A DNA stretch of 64,000 nucleotides from Eutreptiella sp. 'Long Island Sound 2002'. Taxonomy: Eukaryota > Protista > Euglenida. The notes beneath the pieces were generated by a model. That model saw nothing but the letters and a program-made list of their open reading frames with translations, had not been told where the DNA came from and did not search any database. How positions within the stretch are numbered: the first letter of the stretch is position 1; each line of letters starts with the position of its first letter. A program made the position numbers and the translations under genes. Shown piece after piece: positions 1-9,399 of the stretch. The stretch lies in assembly GCA_964036045.1 (NCBI GenBank), contig OZ038378.1:163122001-163186000 (forward strand), in the 5' to 3' direction.

Positions 1-301
1 TAATACCCCGCAGGGCTGACGCTGTAGCGCCGGCTTGCGCCCGCTCTGCTAGGAGGCCTGCCAGTGCCGCGGCTGGATCAGGCGGGCCCGCCCGCTCCGC
101 GTGAGCCGCCAAGGCCCGGAGCCGGGACGCATACTGCGAGCGGGTTCTCGGCCTCCAGGACTGCATGGCGCTTTCTTCCGGCGAGCAGGGGTCGTCTGCC
201 CGGGCTGCTGTCTCCCACCGGCGGGCGAGCGCCCGCAGTTCCGCCGCTGTGTCCGTGACGCCGGAGCCCGGGGCGGCCGGTCCAGGCTCCAGCTGGTCCT
301 G
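1..301 (-). CDS. Tyrosine recombinase N-terminal (SAM-like/core-binding) region of a YR retroelement; runs off the window edge
   Basis: Manual translation 301->1 has no stop: QDQLEPG...MQSWRPRTRSQYASRLRALAAHAERAG...LLAERAQAGATASALRGI. It resembles the 'T..Y...l' and 'g...s.lr..lsa' pattern of DIRS/phage-integrase N-termini. ATG at 166. The catalytic RHRY region lies outside the window. Confidence 0.6.
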
Positions 302-915
302 TCAGGACCTGGGTGGGCATCTAAAGTGCCAGTGGCGCTCGTCGGGGGAGCCCCGCTGCGCGCACCTCTGGCACCCTCCGCTCGGCGGCGACTCCACAGG
401 GATCCATTCGCCCTGCCGTGACTGCCGCTGCAGCACCCCGCCCACCTCCCTGAATTTTACGCTTCGCCATGTGAACGCCGACCCCTGCTCCTTCCATGCC
501 TCCTCCAGCGTGGCGTACTGGCTGGACTCGGAGCTGGACTTCCCTTGCGTTCCTGCATACTTGCGGGCATACGCCGCCTGGGACTGGGACACGCAGTCCC
601 AGACCCTCCACGCCAGTGGTTCTCCCGGGTCGACCGCGGCCTCCGTTGCCTGGCCGCCGAACTCGCTCGGGCGGGGGATCTCCCCCACCTCACCGGCCCT
701 AAGGCGTACGTACGCCTTGATGTTGGACAGCATGAGTCTCATCCACTGCGCCAACTGGGGCTTCTCGAGGGCTCGGTTGATCTCAGGCACGCTCAGCGGG
801 GGAAGCCACTCGGGCGAGTTGCTATCTGAGTTCTTGAATTTCTTTGGCTTGCGCTGCCAGCCGCTCCTCGGCTGACACCTGTTGGGTCTGATTGGGCTGC
901 TCAACCCCGTCCATG
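302..915 (-). pseudogene. Gag-like ORF ending in a Zn-knuckle-like motif (YR element ORF1), frameshifted
   Basis: ORF 302..1231 ends CQRCAQRGSPDERHWHFRC (Cx2Cx8HxHx2C). A plausible ATG start at ~914 (MDGVEQPNQTQQVSAEERLAAQAKEIQELR*) is in another frame, so the copy is degenerate. The called ORF upstream of ~915 overlaps non-coding G/C repeat. Confidence 0.55.
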
Positions 916-1699
916 GGTTAACAAAAACAAAGACAGGAAAACTGCCTAAACATTGGAGGCGCAAACAAAAGTTGAGACGAGGCACAACTAGTGGTTCCCC
1001 CCCACCCCCGGGGGATGGACAAGGGGGGGGACTGGACATGGGGCCATGAGGCAACGGAAACTGGGTTCGCATACGCCCCCGTGTCACAGGCGCATGGTCA
1101 TAACCACATTGTTCAATGTCATGCTTGCTGCACTGCAGCGTAGACCAGTTTTGTACCACACCAGGTGGTTGCTGACTGTGCTTTGGCTCTGCTCCTCTGA
1201 ACAGTGAGGTCAGCTCGCACCCACCACCCACCCACAGTGCCGGTTAGACTCTAACCCTTGCCCTGCAAGTCGTGCCCCTGCCTTGCACTCGTTCCCTGGC
1301 ACGTAAGGACGTGTCGTAGTCGTGCCTCAGGGGCGCAAAGGCGCCTGTGTTGGTGCAAAGGCGTCTCAACATTTCAGTATGTACTCCTGCTGTCGGGTGT
1401 CTCAACAGATCATTGCTGTACCGTGTGTGGCGCCTACCTTTTTCACTGGACACCATTCATGCGCATGCTGTCCACTTGTCCTTGCCCACTGGCTTCCAAC
1501 TGCCTCACGTGGGCCGCACTCTCGCAGCCCCAGTCATGCTTCGGCTTTTCAACACGTGACAACGTGTCGAGCCTGTGGCTCAGGGGCGCTACGGCGCCCT
1601 GTTTTTTCATCACTTGACTGTTCCGTGCTGTCTTGGCGTCCCATACACCCTGGTCAGCTCGAACCCACCACCCTCCCTTTGCGCCGGTTAGCCCCCGTC

Positions 1700-1810
1700 T
1701 CTTGCTCTGAGGGTCTCTCTCCTCCTCTTTCCCTCCCTATCTCTCTTGCTCTCTCCTGCTCTCTCTCTCTCCTGTTGCTCCTCTCTGTTCCTTTCCCACT
1801 GTGCTCTACC

Positions 1811-1843
<33 letters not shown>

Positions 1844-1850
1844 CCTCTCG
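1700..1850. repeat. (CT)n/(GA)n-rich imperfect microsatellite
   Basis: Runs of ctctctct at 1706-1850. Confidence 0.9.
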
Positions 1851-1890
1851 CCCAAAAAAAAAGGGGGTTCGGGTCGTTCGGTGCATCTCT

Positions 1891-1961
1891 ATCCCCCCCG
1901 GGGTTCGAACCATCCTCTACGGGACAGAAGAGGTGTGGTGTATCCACTGGGCCATGACGAT
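1891..1961 (-). other. Decayed tRNA-like Pol III promoter (A box + B box), possible tRNA-SINE head
   Basis: Minus strand has A box TGGCCCAGTGG (1954-1944) and B box GGTTCGAACCC (1911-1901). The box starts are 43 nt apart, close to tRNA geometry. The T-stem does not pair, so this is not an intact tRNA. Confidence 0.45.
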
Positions 1962-2027
1962 TGGGTATCTGCACCATGTCCGGCACACCATGCGCTCCAA
2001 TCTTTTTCTCCTGTGTGTCACCCCCTG

Positions 2028-2640
2028 TCATGCGTATCTTCTTTCGCATGGGGGTGTGTTCAGCAGCGTGTAGAGGAACCGCACAGCGTCCCCGGGTACC
2101 GGGTCCGCCTGCCTGAAGAGCGTTCTTTGGAACAGCCGCAAGAGGTCCGCTCGGCTTGCCAGCCACACATGCATGCAATCTCCAGTTCTGCTCACCGAGG
2201 AGGGCACCGCTCTGTGTCCCTCTGCCGTCGGACAGTGGAGGATCGCCTCCCACTGGAACGGGTGCCACTTGCCTGCACTTTTGGGTCGCCACTGGACCTG
2301 CATGTTCGCCAGAGCCTGAGACTTCAGGGTCCAGTTGATCTGGACCATCACCGAGTAGAGCTCCTGATTGCTCATCAGCAATGGTTCCCCATGGTTGTCC
2401 ACAATCTCACAGTGCATCCTGGTGTCATGTGGTTGGTCCAGTCGGAGCCAGATCTGCTGGTTGCGGGCCCAGGCCATTGTGGTCAGCTCTGCTTCAGCTG
2501 CTTGCAGTCCTTCATTCGCAATGGCGTCCAGCTGACTCAGTGCTTGCACTTTGAAACGCTGGCGTTCTTGCTGAGGCTTGACCTTCTTTCGGATTGGCTG
2601 GATGTGTGTGTATGGGCCATACCGCTGCTGATGTGATCCC
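2028..2640 (-). CDS. Extra ORF of unknown function downstream of the LINE RNase H
   Basis: ORF 2028..2549 (173 aa; ALSQLDAIANEGLQAAEAELTTMAW...FLYTLLNTPPCERRYA) has globular-looking composition, and its frame stays open a little upstream. No motif recognised. Confidence 0.4.
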
Positions 2641-2868
2641 TTCTCCTGCTATGTCCTACCAGACGGCAAAACGCCTGGGTGCCTGTCCGCGACAGGACGC
2701 GGCGTTCAGCTGCTTGGAGGTCTCCTTTGTGTGCTGCTGCTCGCTGCGACAGAACGCAGCTCGTGTGATGAAAAACTCTGCGTCAGAACACAGATTTCAG
2801 ACATGCATTGTTGTGCTTGGAACCTGTGAAATGTCCGCACCATTATGCAACGGCTACTGGCTCTGTCA

Positions 2869-4584
2869 TTATCGACCCTGTCCTGGGTTCGTGCGTTTCC
2901 TGAGCCTTCGCTTCTTGCGCTGCCGCCTGGTGTCACTCACATCAGTGTTGAAGGACAGTGTGTCCGCTGCTGACAGTTCACTCAACAGCACTCCCTGGTA
3001 TGTGTGTCCTGTCCTCATTTCCTCACTTTCTGTATTGCTTGAGGAGTATGGTCCCATTTCACGTGGCGCTGGCTCCCCGGATGCTTCCCCTGTTAGTTCA
3101 TCACTGTCCATGGGTACCATACCCAAGGATGACCAGAGTGCCCTGGTGCCCTCTGACTCTGATCCCGACCCTCCCCTCAAGCCTACCGTGGACTCTGACC
3201 CTGATGATGAATTTGGTGGAACATGCTGAGACCATAGTGGGCTTGAACACATACCTTCCATAGCCAATCCATTCGCCACCTCATTTCCCTGCACGTTGAC
3301 ATGTGCTGGGACATGCTCCCACCTGACTTCTCTTCCCAGCGTCGCCATTTCCTGGAGCAGCATTTCCCAGACTGGGACGTGGACCTGCAGTTTTCCAGAT
3401 GTGGTTGTCCATCCCTTTGAGTTCCAGTGTTGGGCCCTGCCAGTCGCTCCCAGCTGCAGGTATTGCGAGTCGGTGAGGATTGCCAGTTTTGGCACCCAGA
3501 ATCCCTGTAAGGCTTCTACGGCTGCCCAAAGCTCTGCTCCGTTATTTGTTTGCCTGTGATGTGTTGGTACGTAGCCGCAGAAGCGTACCTCTGGTCCTTG
3601 ATCATCTTCCGCCGCGAACACGCCAAAACCCCCGGCCCTGCGCATGTCCTTGTGGCCCAGTCTTTTCGACGATCCGTCCGTGTACACTATCCTGTAGCCC
3701 TTCGCCACCAGTTCTGCAATCAGATCTTGCACTCCTAGTAGCACTCCCGGGCCTGCTTGCCTCGGGCGCTTCGGGCGTGATTCCGCTGCCCTTTGCCAAC
3801 TGTGATTGTTGGCTGATCTCTCTTGGGTGAAGCACTCCGTGTGTGTTTGCCACCATGCATTCAATCCCCCATGTACTTGCACTTCCCCTTGTCGCGGCTG
3901 CACTCCGGTATCTCGAAGTTGTTCCAGTGATTTTTGAAAGCCTCTCCATTGTTCCCTGCGCTCCCCTGTGTAAAATCCCACCCACTCACATAGCTCCCTT
4001 AGCCATGTTGTCAGGTATGACGTGAACACCGGCGACGCTCCTGCCTTGACTTCGCATCGGTACCGCCAGTGGGCACTTCTTGCCGACCACATTGCCCAGC
4101 CTTGGTTCGTGTTCAGTAACCATTCCTGGTCGTCGTACTCCATCATGTCTCGAACTGTGGATGTCCCGTTATCAGTTTCCACCTGGCCATAGTAGTGCTG
4201 TATAACCGCCGCCGCCGCTTTGAACATGGGGCATTCGACCATCGCGTGCTTAACCATCTCCTTTTGTGAGCACACCGGGCACTTGTCAGTGCCTGACCTC
4301 TTGTAGACTCTTGCAAGCACGGTCAGTTTGTGCCACAGCGCCTTTTGCGCAAAGTCCCGAACCCTCGGCGGTAGCTGTGCCTGTGCCAACTGTTCCCATA
4401 CCTCCGGTGTTTGCGGGTCGCGGACCTCTTGCTGCGAGGCGTAAAACTGAAGCAGCCATGCCCTGGTCCAGTTTTGGGTGTGGACTGCGGGGGTATCAAA
4501 CCCCCCTTGTGACGGGACTTTGTTGAGGAGTCGTCCGCCATGATTGTAGACCCCTTTCCATGTCCGAGGCAGTGCAGTGAACAA
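2869..4584 (-). pseudogene. LINE ORF2 C-terminal part: zf-RVT-like Zn finger and RNase H1-like domain
   Basis: CPVCSQKEMVKHAMVEC at ~4231-4281. RNase H motifs YTDGSS, TNNGAELWAA, ILTDSQYL and WEHVPAHVNVQGNEVANGLA at ~3255-3690 (the last Asp appears as Asn). Confidence 0.9.
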
Positions 4585-6931
4585 TCTTGCGTCCTCCCTG
4601 CCGGATCAGTTTCGTGTTGTAATAGGAGCAGTTGAACTCATTTCGGAAATACACAGAGTGCCACAACGGCAGGCGGTCCCGGTTTGCCGGGGGGGGCACC
4701 TGCGGGGCTACTCGCTTAATGTTGGAATGTGCCTTTGCCGACCATCCCAAGAACGTTAGATCAGCCGTTCGGACCATGCCCAGCTGGATATATGGAAGGT
4801 TGTCCTTGGATGGTGTGAACCCTATGGTTGTTGCCCATGCATAGAAGGTCTCCACTGCCTTGTCGGGAAATTTGTGAGGCTCTCCCAACGGGCTGACGAA
4901 CGGAGCCGCTGCCTGGTGCATAAGAAACAGCTCTGGTTCTGGTAGTGCCAGTCCCCCTTGCGTTCTTGGTCGTGAAAGGATTGGCAGGGTGATTCCCCAG
5001 CTGTTGGTACCCATAGTTACGTGGTACACCAACTTCAGTTGTCTGATCACCGAGACTGGGGCGTAGTATGCCTTGGATACCCAGGCCACGACCAGCACGA
5101 TCCATGATGTCAGCATGAACGCACGTTCGTTCATTGACAGTTGCAGCGTGGATACCACCCTAGCGCGACGGAAGGCCTCTTGCAGTGCTGGTGCGAAAGC
5201 CTGCTCTATTGTCAGCCCCCATCCTTGGTCATCCTGTTGGTGCCGAATATTCCCCAAGCGTACACCCAGATACTTGACGAAGTTTTTGACGTCCACTCCA
5301 ATGTCCCAAAAGCACCTCGCCGACTCCATTCCCCCACAGTTGCGAACTATCGTTGCCGTTTTGCTCAGGTTGACCTTCAGCCCCGAAAACTGTCAGAAAC
5401 GAGACACCACTTCCCATACCCTCTTCAACAGTTGTGGGTTGGCTCGTCCATCCAAGAAGATGATGAGGTCGTCTGCATACATCATGACAGTCAGCATTGG
5501 ACCCAGGTCTTGTAGTGGAAAAACCACAAAGGATGGCACAAAGGAGAACAGCGCCGGGGAGAGTGGATCCCCCTGGCGCGTGCCTGCCCTCGGATGGTGG
5601 TAGACACCTGGGACGTATCGTTTTCCAACGGAGTATAGATACCGTGCACGTAAAAGATGTAGTATCACACGGATATACAGGAATGGTATGCACATTAGAC
5701 TCAATGCCGCCGACACCATCTCGTGAGACATCGTGGAGAAAGCATTTCTGAAAGCTACTGATAACGCCGCTCCTTCACGTAAGCCATCCCAGAGTGCCCG
5801 TGACCCATAGACATGCTGGAGTATGCTTCTGTGGCGAAGGAAACCTGTTTGCTGTGACGGGATGCAATGAAGGAGTACATCCTCTAATTGGATCACGAGG
5901 ATGTTGGTGAGCCACTTGTGCCTTGTAGTTTGCAGTGCAATTGGTCGGAGCGAGTCTGGTGTCTGCATCGCCTTCGTCTTGGGGATCAGTGTCACCACTC
6001 CCGAGGTCCATGTCTCCAGCATTTTGCCCACGTCGAGGAAGCGTTTCAGTGAGTCATACATTTGTGGTTCGAAGATGTCTGAAAACCTCTTGAAGAATTT
6101 TGCCCAGAAACCATCCAATCTAGGGGAATTGTTGCTGTTCAGCCTCTTAAGGCCTTCATGAACTATGTCCAAGGATAGTTGCTTGAAAAGGAGTCGACCT
6201 GCCTTGCGCAACCGCTGTTCCACTCCTAACGACTTCAGATAGGCCGAACAATCTTCTTCCGTGGATCCCGTTGGGGTGGACACTTTGTCCCAATGGTCCA
6301 CCAGCTCTTTTGCCACCGCCTTTGCTCCCCGTATCGCCGAGCCTGTCCTGGACACCAGCTGCTGCAGTTTCTTTCGCTCCTGCAACTCCCGCATTAATCG
6401 ATACAATTCGTTTCTTTGCGTTCTCAGATCCCCTGAAGTTTCCCCCGTCGTGATCACCCCCTTGAGCTTGGAGAGTGTTTCCATGCCCGTTCTGTCACGC
6501 TGAGCCTTTTCATACACCCCCACCAGGAGGGTGTAGGCTGTTGCCGCATCTGTTGCTGCAATCCCCAGTGATGAAAGAAATTGGTAGACCGCTGGTGCGA
6601 CAGAGTCTCTCGTGGAGCCACGCAGGAACCGTAGGGCTTGTAGCTCAACCGACAGCTTTTTGTTTTTATGTTCCCTTTGATGGCTGACCGCCTTCTTTTG
6701 AATGCAGCTCGGCGCCTCTTCCCACCATTGATCTCCCGTTGACTTGATAGACTTGAGAGAGGTCTCCAGATCTTCCACTGCCTCCGGGTCTTGAAGGATG
6801 GTCTCTGGGCAGTAGAATCTGGGAATTGTGTCCTCTGTGTCGAAGGACGGGGGTGTGAATTCAGCCAGGATTGCCTTGTGGTCCGAGTTGGCAGCAAACA
6901 TGGGGTACACGCTGGTCACCAGGCTCAGCAA
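4496..6931 (-). pseudogene. LINE ORF2 reverse transcriptase region (two called ORFs joined across an in-frame TGA)
   Basis: RPIALQ, QTGF, GTRQGDPLSPALF, YADD (5468-5479), FSGLKVNLSKT, KYLGV, GGLALP. The motif normally reading 'SvDF.kAFD' reads SVAFRNAFS, so the first catalytic Asp is lost. Confidence 0.93.
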
Positions 6932-7681
6932 GTCGGATGTCGTGTGGATGCGGTCAATACGGCGTAGCCCCTGCGGGTCGAGTCGCTCTCCTTATCGAGG
7001 GTAGCCGTATGTGAAGCCCGTCGGACACGATGCCTCCTTGTCCTTGATGTCCGTCAGGGTTGGACAATGGATGTCTACCCAAACATCCTGCAGACCCGCT
7101 TTCGCCAAGGTTGTCACCTCCTGGTCTCTGGCACGTAAGGACGTGTCATGCTCAAACTCTGGGGGCGCGAAGGCGTCCCTGTGTTTTACAACTAAACTAC
7201 TGTGATCAGCACATAAAATCAGGTTTGGTCCATGTACTGCCTTGGCGATGTCTTTCCATTGCGACTGTCGACGCGTGTGCTTGTGGTGGAAGTGGACCAC
7301 AACTATGGTGATCTCCAGTGGACCACTCGACAGTGAGGCTTTCAGCGCCCTGGGAGACAAGAACTTCATTGATTGCAGTGTCCACTTGGATGTTTTCCAC
7401 GCCAGTGCCACTCCTCCCCTTCTTTCTTCATGAAGTGGTCCGTCCAGGCCATACCCGTACTTTGATAAGCACTGCATGCCCGCTTGACGATCCTCCACCG
7501 TGACGAAGTGTGGCTCGTGGATGGCGAAGAAGTCCACCTCCAAGGACCGCAGCAGTGACCCTAGGGCCACTATGCGCTTTTGCTTACGCTTTCTCATGGT
7601 TATTTTCGTTTGAAACCCATTGATATTTTGGGACAATACTCTGAGTGTGCTGCTCAGAGGGATGCTGGATGCTGACGTCAT
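6932..7681 (-). pseudogene. LINE ORF2 apurinic-like endonuclease (APE) domain
   Basis: LRVLSQNINGF, FFAIHEPH, GGVALAW, LILCADHS, LQDVW, GFTY. After the in-frame TAA at 6994-6992 the frame continues RIDRI...SDH into the RT ORF. Confidence 0.92.
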
Positions 7682-9342
7682 CGCGCTGCTCCATTGGACG
7701 ACGAAGCCTCATCTTCCTTCAAGTCCCGCTTGCGTTTGAGGGAGCTGATGACCTTGTCGACTTGGTCATCCAACTCCATGGCCTTGGCCATTTCTCCCGC
7801 CGTGATTAGGCCTTGCCTGCGTGTCTTTGAATCGTCTGTGTTTCTAGGCCGATCTGTGATTCGCCTTTTCCGCGCCTCATAATCCGCCTCGGAAATCACA
7901 AACATCGGAGGAATCCCAGAATCTGACAAGTAGACCTTTCCAATCAGCTGCGTCACACTTTCCCCGGTCAATCGCCATGTGGCAGTGCGCATCTCCCCAA
8001 CACTCCATCGGACGCGGTCTGCGATGTACCGGCAGTGTACTGAAGGAGCAAGAGCCTCAGTCAGGTCCGAGAGATACCACCACGGTGCCACATCCGGAAT
8101 GTACACTGTGCCCACAACGTCCTTCTTCCGTGTCGAGGGGACTGTGGGCTTGGAGATGATATCCCTGTCGAGGAACTGTCCTGTCCTCAGGTCCTTGAAG
8201 ACGGCCCCGATGGCAGCCACCAGCTCACGGTACCTTGTCTTCAACAATGAGTGCCCAGTTTCCGTGAGACCCAGCAGCAGTTTGCTGGGCCCCAGCACGC
8301 GGATTTTCACTGGCGATTGTGCCTGCAGAACGCCCAGGATTGTCCAAAACAGTGCGAGAACTGAGGCATACAGCATGGGAGACCATGTTTCCTTGTGCGT
8401 CTTCTTGATCCATACCTCATAGACAGCAGACATGTTCGTCAGGTTGGCACCACGATACCATTCCACTGGCTGGATCTGGAACCTTGGCTTGGATCCGAAC
8501 TGTGATACCACAGTATTCACCTGTTCCTCATTTAGCTCCGTGAAGAGCAGCTTTGAGTTTCGTGGGTCTGTCCCCGGAAGGAGATGGACTTCATCAGAGT
8601 TCAGGCCAATAGACCCCAACAGCCCGTTGATTAGGTCATTGTGGACCTGCACAGCGTATGGGTTATCCCGCACATCTGGCTCGTGGAACACCACCTTGTC
8701 AACTTCTGCCCCAGGCGTCATAAGCCGCAAAAGCTTATACGTTGGGGGCGGAGATAGGCTCCTGGAATCCCTTGTGCTGCTTGCAATCCAGACATCAAAT
8801 TGATCATGTGTGCGCATGTGCATGAGGGACCTGTCCGCCATTTGCAACTTTTCGCAACCGAAAGGCAAGTTTGAGTTGAGGGCGAGTGCCCGATTGAGGA
8901 ACGATGGCCTGCCATCATCATCGCTGACAGGTTCAAGCAGGATTGCAACAAAGCGGCCCAGCATGGGCAAATCAGCAAGCAGTCTCTCAATTGCATGTTG
9001 GATTTTGTCATATTCAGTCATTTCCCCAACGAGCACAACGTTGGGGCGACTGCCGTAAAGGACGGCAGCAAAATTTTCAGACGAGTCGCAGTCCTTGAAG
9101 AGGTCGTACGACAGGGAGGCAGCCTCTGGAACTCCACTCTTCAGCACCACTTCGTCCTGAATGATATAATCTGCGTCATCGATGGCTGCCAAACACGCCA
9201 ATTGACCGGCGTCGGCAGGAACGATGACCTCGTCCCCTGGCGTGGCCAGACGGGCCTGGGTGTCCCGGACGCTCATGCGGTCAGGGGACAAGGAGGTGGC
9301 GTCGGCGGCAGTTTGTCAAGGCCCAGCGGCCCGGGCAAGCAT
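7678..9342 (-). CDS. LINE ORF1 (gag-like), ~550 aa, with one early in-frame TGA
   Basis: 537-aa ORF 7678..9291. The in-frame ATG at 9342 is followed by a TGA at 9318-9316. The ORF1 stop overlaps the ORF2 start as ATGA (7681-7678). The basic C-terminus reads KRKRDLK. Confidence 0.8.
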
Positions 9343-9356
9343 GGACAAAAAGAAAC

Positions 9357-9384
9357 CGAAAAAAAATAGACACCCAGAAAAAGT
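9357..9384 (-). other. Euglenid spliced-leader exon copy at the LINE 5' end
   Basis: Reverse complement reads ACTTTTTCTGGGTGTCTATTTTTTTTCG, versus the recalled Euglena SL ACTTTCTGAGTGTCTATTTTTTTTCG (1 substitution, 2 extra T). Confidence 0.85.
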
Positions 9385-9399
9385 CATGGGGGTGGGAGG

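Larger units (their letters stand above)
2028..9384 (-). mobile_element. Near-full-length non-LTR retrotransposon (L1/Tx1-like, APE-type, with RNase H), inactivated; 5' end is a spliced-leader exon
   Basis: Ordered ORF1 - APE - RT - Zn finger - RNase H on the minus strand. In-frame stops at 6992-6994 and 5393-5395, and a frameshift at ~4590. The 3' end is not defined. Confidence 0.9.

Noticed and set aside
1891-1961. Intact tRNA gene
   Set aside because: The A and B boxes are present, but the T-stem and acceptor stem pair poorly.
1850-2030. LINE poly(A) tail and target-site duplication
   Set aside because: No poly-A on the element strand and no sequence matching the 5' flank could be identified by eye.
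1654-2292. 212-aa minus ORF, and the plus ORFs 1322..1957 and 1746..2636
   Set aside because: These run through (CT)n microsatellite (ERERER / SLSLSL) or are antisense to the LINE 3' ORF.
5393-5395. Programmed readthrough at the TGA-CAG in the LINE RT
   Set aside because: It falls inside conserved RT (VSRF*QFSGLKVN), and the copy has another stop, a frameshift and a lost catalytic Asp, so it is simple decay.
9340-9384. SL-RNA-gene-specific insertion (SLACS/CRE-like)
   Set aside because: No SL sequence or SL-gene remainder was found near the LINE 3' region (1600-2030). A GT does follow the SL but leads to the ORF1 ATG within 14 nt. Not fully excluded, because the 3' end is undefined.
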